Positions 1-7,723 of a DNA stretch of 15,772 nt are shown one piece after another (position 1 is the stretch's first letter; every line of letters begins with the position of its first letter). Both the position numbers and the translations under genes were made by a program. The notes below the pieces were generated by a model that was not told the DNA's origin, did no database searches, and saw nothing but the letters and a program-made list of their open reading frames with translations. This stretch comes from Cyanobacteria bacterium P01_D01_bin.156 (lineage in GTDB: Bacteria > Cyanobacteriota > Cyanobacteriia > Phormidesmidales > Phormidesmidaceae): NCBI GenBank assembly GCA_039024555.1, contig JBCCQQ010000097.1, forward strand, positions 1 to 15,772, in the 5' to 3' direction.

Positions 1-117
1 GGGGAGGACGTTGCTTAATAAAATCCTGCTTGGAATTTTATTTTTGTGCAATCGCCTAATCATCGATCAATAGAGTTTTGTAGTCTGTTGATAACAAATA
101 GTAAAAACTGCCAGGAA

Positions 118-159
118 GTAGACTACTATACAAACTATGCGACTGGCGCTTGCTAACGT
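118..159 (+). promoter_or_regulatory. NtcA-activated (class II) promoter: GTA-N8-TAC box plus TAN3T -10 element
   Basis: GTAgactactaTAC at 118-131, exactly 22 nt spacer, then TAACGT at 154-159; matches the established cyanobacterial GTAN8TAC-N22-TAN3T architecture. Confidence 0.6.
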
Positions 160-716
160 TGCATAGTTGAAGACTTGAAACACAGGCCCTGCAAGATGTT
201 AGTGCTATTTATCTACTTTTCATCTCTAAGCCCGTGTCATGAACCCTCCAACTTAAATCTTAAGGAGGGGAGACTTCACAAGCACTTGCTCAAATGGAAT
301 GGTGTGGGTTCTCCTTACGCCAGGGTGCTTGTGTAAGCCTGTATGACGGTTTAGAGCTACTTGATTTTTAGGAGCTTGGTCAAAGTGTTTTGGCCAATAA
401 GGTGATTGTTGCTCCTACACATCGTGAAGTGGACTCATGGCGATTGCTGTGAAAATTTCTGGTAGCTCTGGTAGTTCTCAAACCGTAGGCTTTACGGAAT
501 TCGATGCTGTTTTGACGTCGGCATCTGCAAGCTTTTTGTTCTAATTTGTTCACCTCTCTGCGTCTAGGTGATTTATCTAGTGCTTAAATGTGTCAGTTCC
601 AACTGTGGGGTGGATTGACGCATTTGAACTTAGCTGATTTAAGCATTCCTGGGTGGGGAAATGCTTGGTATTCTGTCGCAGATACACTACTGCATCATGA
701 GGAGTGACCGTTCTCG

Positions 717-1499
717 ATGACATCATCATCTTTAAGTAATCAATGCATTCTTATTACCGGTGCCAGCAGCGGTATTGGTAAATCCTGTGCTCGATTTTTT
801 GCCCAGGCAGGAGCCCGACTTATCTTGGCGGCTCGTCGCCAGGAGAAACTGCAATCTTTGGCAGAAGAATTGCAAAAGTCTTATCAAACCCAAACATTAC
901 TGCTGTGTGTCGATGTCCAAGATTATCAGACTGTGGCCACCACCTTTGAAGGCTTACCTGCGGACTGGAAGACCATTGATGTCCTGATTAATAATGCTGG
1001 TTTGAGTCGAGGTCTGGACAAACAGTACGAATCTCCCGTGCAAGATTGGGAGGAAATGATCGACACCAATGTTAAAGGGCTGCTGTATGTCACCCGAGCT
1101 ATTGTGCCAGGAATGGTGGCGCGAGGACGAGGCCATGTGGTCAATATTGGTTCTATTGCCGCTAGACAAACCTACATGGGGGGGAGTGTTTACTGTGCGA
1201 CCAAAGCCGCCGTTAAGTCGTTATCTGAAGGATTAAAAATTGATCTATTGGGGACTCCTGTACGGGTGACAAATATTGAACCTGGGTTAGTGGAAACGGA
1301 GTTTAGCAATGTCCGATTCCGGGGAGATGACACTAAGGCTAATTCGGTCTATACGGGCATGACGCCTCTCACACCAGATGATATTGCTGACACAATTTTA
1401 TTTGCAGTGACTCGCCCTGCCCATGTCAACATCAGCGAAATTTTTGTCATGCCTACGGACCAATCTTCCGTGACGCATGTTCATAGGAGAACGGTTTAA
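717..1499 (+). CDS. NADP-dependent short-chain dehydrogenase, YdfG/IsfD-like (3-hydroxy acid dehydrogenase / sulfoacetaldehyde reductase-like)
   Basis: TGASSGIG nucleotide-binding motif, ARR (NADP preference), NNAG, catalytic S...YCATK, ETEFSNVRFRGD and PAHVNI segments typical of the YdfG subfamily; GAGGAG RBS upstream. Confidence 0.9.
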   Translation: MTSSSLSNQCILITGASSGIGKSCARFFAQAGARLILAARRQEKLQSLAEELQKSYQTQTLLLCVDVQDYQTVATTFEGLPADWKTIDVLINNAGLSRGLDKQYESPVQDWEEMIDTNVKGLLYVTRAIVPGMVARGRGHVVNIGSIAARQTYMGGSVYCATKAAVKSLSEGLKIDLLGTPVRVTNIEPGLVETEFSNVRFRGDDTKANSVYTGMTPLTPDDIADTILFAVTRPAHVNISEIFVMPTDQSSVTHVHRRTV

Positions 1500-1501
1500 C
1501 G

Positions 1502-2224
1502 ATGGAGCTGATTATTATTATCACTACGTTTGTAGCGGCCTTTGTCCAGGGTGTTTCAGGCTTTGGTTTTGCCTTAGTTGCCATGCCAATTTTATCGGGT
1601 GTAACCAGTATTCAAACGGCGGCTCCTTTAGTGGCGCTCACGACCCTTACCAATAACCTTCTGCTGTGCCTCTATTACCGGCAGTCGTTTAATCGTACTG
1701 TTGTCAAAAATTTGTTGTTGGGCTCAGTCTTGGGCATTCCCATTGGTTTTTTAGCTCTAGAATATCTGCCAACAGCACTGATGCTAATTACCCTAGGCAT
1801 CATTATCGTTGGCTATTCTATATATTCCTTAGTAAGCCCAGTAATCCCTGTTTTGAAATCCAAACTGTGGGCCTATGGTGCCGGGTTTTTATCAGGAATT
1901 CTGTTAGGGTGCTTTAATTTGCCGGGACCCCCCATCATTCTCTATGGCAGTAGTCAGCGGTGGTCTCAGGAATTATTTAAAGGCAATCTCAGCAGTTTTT
2001 TCTGGATAAGTGTAGCCATTGTTGTTGTAGGGCATGGATTACAGCAACGGATTTCAGCAGATATTATGCGTCAGTTCTTAATGGCGTTTCCCAGTTTACT
2101 GTTGGGGTTATGTTGTGGTGTGGCGCTAGCGAAGAAGTTTGATCCTAATGTTTTCCGAAAAATTGTCACTATTTTGTTGTCCATGGTTGGAGTAAGGCTG
2201 ATTATTTCCGGCGTTTATTTATAA
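1502..2224 (+). CDS. TauE/SafE (DUF81) family sulfite/organosulfonate exporter
   Basis: 240 aa, highly hydrophobic, AAFVQGVSGFGFALVAMP N-terminal motif and second-half G(I)LLG..NLPGPP repeat; starts 2 nt after the SDR stop (coupled). Confidence 0.88.
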   Translation: MELIIIITTFVAAFVQGVSGFGFALVAMPILSGVTSIQTAAPLVALTTLTNNLLLCLYYRQSFNRTVVKNLLLGSVLGIPIGFLALEYLPTALMLITLGIIIVGYSIYSLVSPVIPVLKSKLWAYGAGFLSGILLGCFNLPGPPIILYGSSQRWSQELFKGNLSSFFWISVAIVVVGHGLQQRISADIMRQFLMAFPSLLLGLCCGVALAKKFDPNVFRKIVTILLSMVGVRLIISGVYL

Positions 2225-2282
2225 CTGGAAAATCATTTCTTAGAAAAGACATTAATGCCTTGAAATAGAGGTGTTTGCCTAT

Positions 2283-2312
2283 GTTTCAATTTTTTTGACA
2301 AAAAATTGAAAC
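2283..2312. repeat. Perfect 13-bp AT-rich inverted repeat (possible operator or terminator)
   Basis: GTTTCAATTTTTT-tgac-AAAAAATTGAAAC between the TauE gene and the aminotransferase. Confidence 0.6.
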
Positions 2313-2377
2313 GTCTTTAACGCACAATCCTACGGCATTAAGATTAGCTTTTCTTAATAGGAATCTTGTGTTAGATC

Positions 2378-2420
2378 GTGTGTAAATATACAGAAGAGAG
2401 CTTTTGATCCCCTTTATTGT
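2378..2420 (+). promoter_or_regulatory. Candidate NtcA-like promoter for the aminotransferase
   Basis: GTGtgtaaataTAC (2378-2391; GTG-N8-TAC variant), 23 nt spacer, TATTGT -10 at 2415-2420. Confidence 0.4.
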
Positions 2421-2575
2421 ATTGAACAATATTTAAAGGAATTTGCATCATAACAAGAGTGCTTTGTGGGTGAACTTTCTGTAAGGAGGGTACGACGGAA
2501 GCACGGTTGGTTATGACGTAAATGAGATTTTATTAGCTCTTTAAAAATGCTCTTTCGCTTTGGGGACTATTTTTG

Positions 2576-3964
2576 ATGGTTGCTAGTTTGAGTCCAGAAA
2601 AGGCTAATTTAGGCAAGATGGATGCCGATTCTCTTTGGCATTCGTTAGTCCAGCACAAGCCATTTTCTGAAAAGCCCCCCAAGTGTATGGCCAAGGGGGT
2701 GGGCTGTTATGTGACAGACACAGACGGCGTGGAATACTTTGATGGTGTTTCTGGATTGTGGTGCGTGAATGTGGGGTATGGTCGCCAGGAGCTGGCGGAA
2801 GTAGCCTATGAGCAGATGGTGGATCTAGCCTATTTTCCCATTACGTCCATGGGGCATGAGCCAGGTATTCGTTTGGCCCACAAGCTGTTAGAGCTATTGG
2901 GCTATGAGGGGAAGGTGTTCTTTTCCACAAGTGGCTCAGAAGCCAATGAAGCCGCCTTTAAGATTGCCCGTCAGTACCATGCTCAGACATCGCCTGCGGG
3001 GTCTGGTCCACGCTACAAGATTATCTCTCGCTATCGTGGTTACCATGGCCACACTATGGGAGCTTTGAGCGCAACCGCCCAGGCTGAACGCAAGCTTAAG
3101 TATGAGCCCTTGGTGCCAGGCTTTCTTCACGTGAGTCCTCCTTATTATTATCGGTTTGGCGATGGACAGCCGGAGGATGTTTACAATGCTGCCTGTTTGC
3201 GAGAGCTGGAACAGACGATTCGCTATGAAGGGGCAGAATCTGTTGCCGCAGTGATTGTGGAGCCTATTATTTCCGGCGGTGGTGTGATTCCACCTACCAA
3301 GGGCTATCTGCGTGGGGTACGAGAGATCTGCGATCGCACTGGTATCCTTCTCATCTACGACGAAGTCGTTAACGGCTTTGGTCGCACTGGCAAAATGTTT
3401 GGCCATCAGCATTGGGGTGTGGAACCCGATATCATCAACTTTGCCAAGGGTCTTACCAGTGGCTATATGCCCTTATCCGCGACGGTGGTCAAACAACATG
3501 TTTTTGAAGCCTTTCTAGATGAGCCTGGCAGCGACAGTCACTTTCGTCACATTACCACCTATGGTGGCACCCCCGTTTGTACAGCCGTAGGCTTAAGAAG
3601 CATTGAAATTTTAGAAAGAGAAAACCTGTGTGAGCGTGCTGCTGAAATGGGTGACTATCTTCTCGGCAAGCTACAGCGGCTGTTGGACCACCCCAACGTG
3701 GGAGACATTAGAGGTAAGGGATTACTGCTTGGTATAGAGCTAGTAAAAGACAAAGTCAGTAAAACACCCTTAGATAGCGACATTATTGCTTCAGTCCCCC
3801 GTTACTGTATGGATAAGCAGATCATTATTGGTCGCAACACCAATACGATTCCCGGATTTACCAATGTGTTGATTATGGCTCCACCATTGGTCATTAGCCG
3901 AGAAGATGCCGATCGGTTGGCTGATACCGTTTGTGATGCTGTTTTTGCGATGCCAAGTTCCTGA
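2576..3964 (+). CDS. Class III PLP-dependent omega-aminotransferase, taurine:pyruvate aminotransferase (Tpa/YhxA)-like
   Basis: SGLWCVNVGYGR, SGSEANEAAFKIARQYH, YRGYHG, RKLKYEPLVPGFLHV, EPIISGGGVI, DEVVNGFGRTG, PLP lysine in FAKGLTSGY, FRHITTYGG; from recall these resemble Bacillus/Geobacillus taurine:pyruvate aminotransferases. ATG at 2576 follows a GGGGA RBS (the ORF track starts at TTG 2573). Confidence 0.88.
   Translation: MVASLSPEKANLGKMDADSLWHSLVQHKPFSEKPPKCMAKGVGCYVTDTDGVEYFDGVSGLWCVNVGYGRQELAEVAYEQMVDLAYFPITSMGHEPGIRLAHKLLELLGYEGKVFFSTSGSEANEAAFKIARQYHAQTSPAGSGPRYKIISRYRGYHGHTMGALSATAQAERKLKYEPLVPGFLHVSPPYYYRFGDGQPEDVYNAACLRELEQTIRYEGAESVAAVIVEPIISGGGVIPPTKGYLRGVREICDRTGILLIYDEVVNGFGRTGKMFGHQHWGVEPDIINFAKGLTSGYMPLSATVVKQHVFEAFLDEPGSDSHFRHITTYGGTPVCTAVGLRSIEILERENLCERAAEMGDYLLGKLQRLLDHPNVGDIRGKGLLLGIELVKDKVSKTPLDSDIIASVPRYCMDKQIIIGRNTNTIPGFTNVLIMAPPLVISREDADRLADTVCDAVFAMPSS
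3330..3337. repeat. HIP1 octamer GCGATCGC (one of 7 copies)
   Basis: Copies at 3330, 4604, 6492, 8418, 9202, 10545 and 11222; over-representation is a cyanobacterial hallmark. Confidence 0.9.
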
Positions 3965-4031
3965 CGTTGCTTAGAAACGAGTCATAAAGGAGCATCGGCT
4001 ACCCAGGTAGATCGGATTATACGTTCCTTTT

Positions 4032-4063
4032 AGGCCCCCAATCTCAAATTTTGGTGGGGGCTT
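4032..4063 (+). terminator. Intergenic stem-loop (weak terminator or processing hairpin)
   Basis: GCCCCCA (4034-4040) pairs with TGGGGGC (4055-4061), followed by TTT, downstream of the aminotransferase stop. Confidence 0.4.
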
Positions 4064-4201
4064 TAGAGATTTACTGTCTCTATGGCTGGTCAATGTTAAA
4101 ACTCACCCTAGATCTTCTGACGGTGAAAACCAATGGAAGCCCTTGAGAAAGGGGAAATAGATACAATCTCTCAAATATCTCTCACTTGGAGTCCCGATCC
4201 G

Positions 4202-5764
4202 ATGCAGAAGCCGCTGTTTAGGCTAAAATATTACCTCTACGCCCTTGCCTGTTTACTGATTTTTCTTCCCCGAGTCGCCTTTGCCCAAGATGCTGCTGCC
4301 CCAGTTGGCTTTTTAGGCTCGATAGAAGCTGGTGTGCAAAGCGTTGTCGATGTTCTCAACCTGGTCTTCTACTTTAGGATAGGTGGCGAGAACGGCATGC
4401 CGTTTATTGTGCTTTGGTTGGTTGTTGGTGCTGTTTTCTTCACTTTTCGACTCAAGTTTATCAACATTCGCGCCTTCAAACATGCCATCGATGTGGTGCG
4501 TGGCAAATACGACAGTGATGAAGATGAAGGGGATGTCTCTCACTTCCAGGCCCTGGCCGCAGCCCTGTCTGGAACTGTGGGCATTGGTAATATTGCTGGT
4601 GTTGCGATCGCGATTCGCCTAGGTGGTCCAGGGGCAGCCTTTTGGATGACCATGGCCGGTTTCCTTGGCATGTCCAGTAAGTTTGCCGAATGTACCCTCG
4701 GTCAAAAGTACCGTGTGATTAAACCCGACGGCACCGTTGGGGGTGGTCCCATGTATTATCTATCCCGTGGGTTGTCGGCCATGGGCATGGCCCCAGTCGG
4801 TAAGGCCTTGTCCGTTATTTTCGCCGTCATGTGTGCCATTGGTAGCTTAGGCATTGGCAATATGTTTCAGGCGAACCAGGCATTTGCTGCTGTTTCTAAT
4901 GTGTTGCCATTTCTCACAAGCCTAAGCTGGTTGTTTGGCCTGTTCTTAGCATTAACGGTTGGCTTGGTAATTCTCGGTGGCATTGAGCGTATTGGTGCAG
5001 TGGCTGGTGTATTAGTCCCCTTTATGGCCGTGATCTATGCCATAGCCTGTTTTTGGGTAATGTTGGTGAAACTGCCTCAGGTTCCCAGCGCCATTGGTAC
5101 CATTATTTCCACGGCCTTTAGCCCAGAAGCCGTTGCCGGTGGGGCCATTGGTGCCTTGGTGATTGGATTTCAGCGGGCGGCATTCTCCAATGAAGCCGGT
5201 TTAGGGTCAGCCGCCATTGCCCACTCTGCCGCCAAAACAGATGAACCGGTGCGAGAGGGAATTGTCGCATTGCTAGAGCCCTTTATCGATACCATGTTCA
5301 TCTGTAATTTGACCGCCATTGTGATTGTGCTTACTGGGGTCTATGCCGATCCCACAGCGGTTGATCTGAATGGCGCTCAACTGTCGGCAGCATCGTTTGA
5401 AACGGTGATTAGCTGGTTTCCCTATGTGATTGCAGTTGCTGGATTTTTGTTTGCGCTGTCAACCATGATCTCCTGGAGCTATTATGGCCAACAAGCATGG
5501 GCTTTCCTCTTTGGGGAGAGTACCACAAACATTTACAAGGGTATTTTTCTCTTCTGTGTCTTTGTAGGTTCGGTCGTGAATCTAGGACCCGTTCTAGACT
5601 TTAGCGACATTATGGCCCTAGCAATGTCGCTACCAAATTTACTGGGTTGTTTTCTGATGTCAGGCTTAATAGCTAGAGAATTAAATAGCTACATGGCCCG
5701 TCTGAAGTCTGGGGAGATGCTACCCACTCCTCAAGTACCCCAAGAAACCGTATTGCGGAGATAA
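4202..5764 (+). CDS. Alanine/glycine:cation symporter (AGCS family, AgcS/AlsT-like)
   Basis: SHFQALAAALSGTVGIGNIAGVA, GGPGAAFWM, GGPMYYL, GNMFQANQ, RAAFSNEAGLGSAAIAH, LLEPFIDT, STMISWSYYG motifs. Start more likely ATG 4202 (GGAG upstream) than 4133. Confidence 0.93.
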   Translation: MQKPLFRLKYYLYALACLLIFLPRVAFAQDAAAPVGFLGSIEAGVQSVVDVLNLVFYFRIGGENGMPFIVLWLVVGAVFFTFRLKFINIRAFKHAIDVVRGKYDSDEDEGDVSHFQALAAALSGTVGIGNIAGVAIAIRLGGPGAAFWMTMAGFLGMSSKFAECTLGQKYRVIKPDGTVGGGPMYYLSRGLSAMGMAPVGKALSVIFAVMCAIGSLGIGNMFQANQAFAAVSNVLPFLTSLSWLFGLFLALTVGLVILGGIERIGAVAGVLVPFMAVIYAIACFWVMLVKLPQVPSAIGTIISTAFSPEAVAGGAIGALVIGFQRAAFSNEAGLGSAAIAHSAAKTDEPVREGIVALLEPFIDTMFICNLTAIVIVLTGVYADPTAVDLNGAQLSAASFETVISWFPYVIAVAGFLFALSTMISWSYYGQQAWAFLFGESTTNIYKGIFLFCVFVGSVVNLGPVLDFSDIMALAMSLPNLLGCFLMSGLIARELNSYMARLKSGEMLPTPQVPQETVLRR

Positions 5765-5769
5765 TTGAG

Positions 5770-6195
5770 ATGAGTTGGCTTAACCGAAAATCTGTTCTCA
5801 TTCCCATTGATTTCTCTGAACTTTCCTATCAGGCAATCGGACCCGCTAAAGAACATGTTGAAGACCTGACAGCATTAAACCTGATTCATGTGCTGGCCCC
5901 CTTACATCCGGCTGATCCGGCTGCCATGTGGGATACAGTCAGCGATGAGGACCGTAAAGAGAAAGTTCGAGCATTTACGCGAGATAAGCTCAGCGAGCTG
6001 GGATATGGCGATATTCACACTGAAGTTGTCATTGGTGACACCACATCCAAAATTGTGGACTATGCCCAGGAAATAGATGCAGACCTGATTGTGATGCCAT
6101 CCCATGGGCGTAAAGGGGTGAGTCGTTTTCTATTAGGCTCTGTCGCTGAACAGGTTGTGCGGTTGTCCCACTGTCCGGTGCTGATTCTTAAGTAG
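5770..6195 (+). CDS. Universal stress protein (Usp family)
   Basis: VLIPIDFS N-terminus and ADLIVMPSHGRKGVSRFLLGSVAEQVVRLSHCPVLI C-terminal ATP-binding USP motif; 5 nt after the symporter stop. Confidence 0.93.
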   Translation: MSWLNRKSVLIPIDFSELSYQAIGPAKEHVEDLTALNLIHVLAPLHPADPAAMWDTVSDEDRKEKVRAFTRDKLSELGYGDIHTEVVIGDTTSKIVDYAQEIDADLIVMPSHGRKGVSRFLLGSVAEQVVRLSHCPVLILK

Positions 6196-6207
6196 AAGAA
6201 TCGGCTT

Positions 6208-6245
6208 TTAGACAGCTGCCCATTTCCCAGTAGGCAGCTGTCTGA
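6208..6245 (+). terminator. Stem-loop at the end of the aminotransferase-symporter-USP unit
   Basis: AGACAGCTGCC (6210-6220) / GGCAGCTGTCT (6233-6243), perfect 11-bp stem 14 nt after the USP stop; no strong U-tract on +. Confidence 0.55.
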
Positions 6246-6437
6246 TCGAATAAGCAACGATAGAACCACATGCGCCACAAATTATTCGCCGTCAGTGCTT
6301 GGACCAAATTACAAATAATTGTAGAAACCTTGACTACCTATTCCTAGAGTTTCTAAGACCAAAGATATGGCTGACGTATACCGTTAAGACCGAAGATGGT
6401 TGATAATAGATAGCGTTGTTACAAACGTTAATCCATC

Positions 6438-6902
6438 ATGCCTGTACCCACTAATCTAGCCACATTGGATGGCCAGCCATTGAGTCCAGATGCGATCGCG
6501 AATAAAGTCGTCCTATTCGTTAACGTTGCCAGTGCGTGTGGTTTAACTCCCCAGTACGGTGGCTTGGTAGACCTAGATAAAACCTATGGCCCCAAAGGCT
6601 TAGTTGTTGTTGGTGTTCCCTGCAACCAGTTTGGTTCCCAGGAACCCGGTACTGCTGACGAAATCAAAGACTTTACCAAAACCAAGTACGACGTAGACTT
6701 CACCCTGCTAGAGAAGCAGGATGTAAATGGTCCTAGCCGTAGCCCCCTATATCAGTTCTTGGTGGGCGAAGGTGAAGACATTGAATGGAACTTTGGCAAA
6801 TTTGTCGTAGGCCGTGATGGTGACGTTGTTGCCCGCTTCGACCCCAAAACAGCTCCCGACGCTCCTGAGCTAAAGGCAGCCATCGAGAAAGCTTTGGGGT
6901 AG
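6438..6902 (+). CDS. gpx2: Glutathione peroxidase-like protein (Gpx2-type hydroperoxy fatty acid reductase)
   Basis: NVASACGLTPQY (peroxidatic Cys), PCNQFG.QEPG, WNFGKF; 154 aa, from recall closely similar to Synechocystis Gpx2, including EIKDFTKTKYDVDF. Confidence 0.9.
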   Translation: MPVPTNLATLDGQPLSPDAIANKVVLFVNVASACGLTPQYGGLVDLDKTYGPKGLVVVGVPCNQFGSQEPGTADEIKDFTKTKYDVDFTLLEKQDVNGPSRSPLYQFLVGEGEDIEWNFGKFVVGRDGDVVARFDPKTAPDAPELKAAIEKALG

Positions 6903-6938
6903 TGGTCAATAATACCAATAACCAATACCACAGTCTGT

Positions 6939-7145
6939 TTGCGCCCCTTCATCTGCTTTAGGATGGAGGGGCGCTCTGTTGAAGTCTTTATCGATCAGAC
7001 CCTTAAGAGTTTAGAACAAGCAGCCATTCCCATCAAAATACCTAGAACCCAGCTGCCCAATGGTTCAATAATCGCCATGGTTGAAGATCCCGATGGCAAT
7101 ATTGTGGAATTTTCTCAAGAAATCTGTGCAGCACAGACTCCGTAA
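6939..7145 (+). pseudogene. 5'-truncated VOC/glyoxalase-family remnant
   Basis: AMVEDPDGNIVEF is the C-terminal VOC signature; only about half a domain, no RBS, no N-terminal beta-alpha-beta unit. Confidence 0.6.
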
Positions 7146-7286
7146 ATCTGACCTTCAGCGTCCGCAAGAACGACTACTTTATAAAATCTATACATTCATA
7201 AATGAAACTTATAAATAGTATCAATGCCAACATGTCTAAAACCGATAGGGGAGTATAACCAGGAAAGTGCGTCTGCCGAGGGCGCG

Positions 7287-7306
7287 ATTGAGAATTATTT
7301 TTCAAT
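7287..7306. promoter_or_regulatory. Fur-box-like palindrome
   Basis: ATTGAGAATTATTTTTCAAT, an imperfect dyad 14 nt before the DUF1816 start, one base longer than an ideal ATTGAGAAT-N-ATTCTCAAT box. Confidence 0.35.
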
Positions 7307-7320
7307 AAGTCCCCCCCAAT

Positions 7321-7560
7321 ATGAAAAATTTTGTAGAGCAAATGTTTGGCTTACTTAATAAGTCTTGGTGGCTAGAAATTCTTGCGGCATCCCCTAGCCG
7401 TGGCTATTACTTCGGCCCATTTAATTCAGAACATGAGGCCGTCCAGGAACAGCTGCGCTATGTAGAAGATATTGAGAGTAAGGGCAGTGAAGTGCTACTA
7501 GTGTCTATTGTTCATCGCCAAGCACCTGCCAAACGCATGGTTGAGTATTCTAATATCTAA
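7321..7560 (+). CDS. DUF1816 family small cyanobacterial protein
   Basis: WWLEI...P...YYFGPF.S..EA......Y.EDI...G pattern, 79 aa. Confidence 0.8.
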   Translation: MKNFVEQMFGLLNKSWWLEILAASPSRGYYFGPFNSEHEAVQEQLRYVEDIESKGSEVLLVSIVHRQAPAKRMVEYSNI

Positions 7561-7611
7561 CCGGCTAAATCGCTTTTGCTACAGAACACTTGGGCTCTGC
7601 TAACAAGCTCC

Positions 7612-7671
7612 AAACTATCCCCTTGAGAATTTGTTGACTGTATTCAGCAGATTCTCAAGGGGATAGTTTTT
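7612..7671 (+). terminator. Long intrinsic terminator hairpin
   Basis: AAACTATCCCCTTGAGAAT (7612-7630) / ATTCTCAAGGGGATAGTTT (7651-7669), perfect 19 bp, extendable to 26 bp with G-U pairs, ends in a T run. Confidence 0.75.
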
Positions 7672-7723
7672 GTGTGAGACTCACCGAACATATCGGTTGG
7701 CGCACATAGGTGTTGCTATTTAC

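Noticed and set aside
111..170. GGAAGTA resembling the glnA glutamine riboswitch core (also GACGGAAG near 2494)
   Set aside because: The flanking CGTT...AACG P1 helix and GAAG E-loop partner are absent; the first site is better explained by the NtcA box.
380..553. 57-codon minus-strand ORF (GTG 553) and overlapping 35-codon plus-strand ORF (437-544)
   Set aside because: No recognisable motif, they overlap antisense, and such lengths occur by chance.
641..666. AAGCATT.CC / GGAAATGCTT hairpin before the SDR
   Set aside because: Short and imperfect, does not cover the RBS; no function supportable.
760..1169. Alternative-frame ORFs inside the SDR (760-987, 926-1144, 954-1169)
   Set aside because: Shadow ORFs of a well-supported gene, no motifs.
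2936..3518. 158-aa antisense and 68-aa alternative-frame ORFs within the aminotransferase
   Set aside because: Shadow ORFs with no protein family features.
6438..6902. Gpx lacking the usual resolving Cys (FTKTKY instead of FC); possible selenocysteine
   Set aside because: The active site is a normal TGT Cys, and the missing resolving Cys matches the known cyanobacterial Gpx2 type as I recall it, so not novel.
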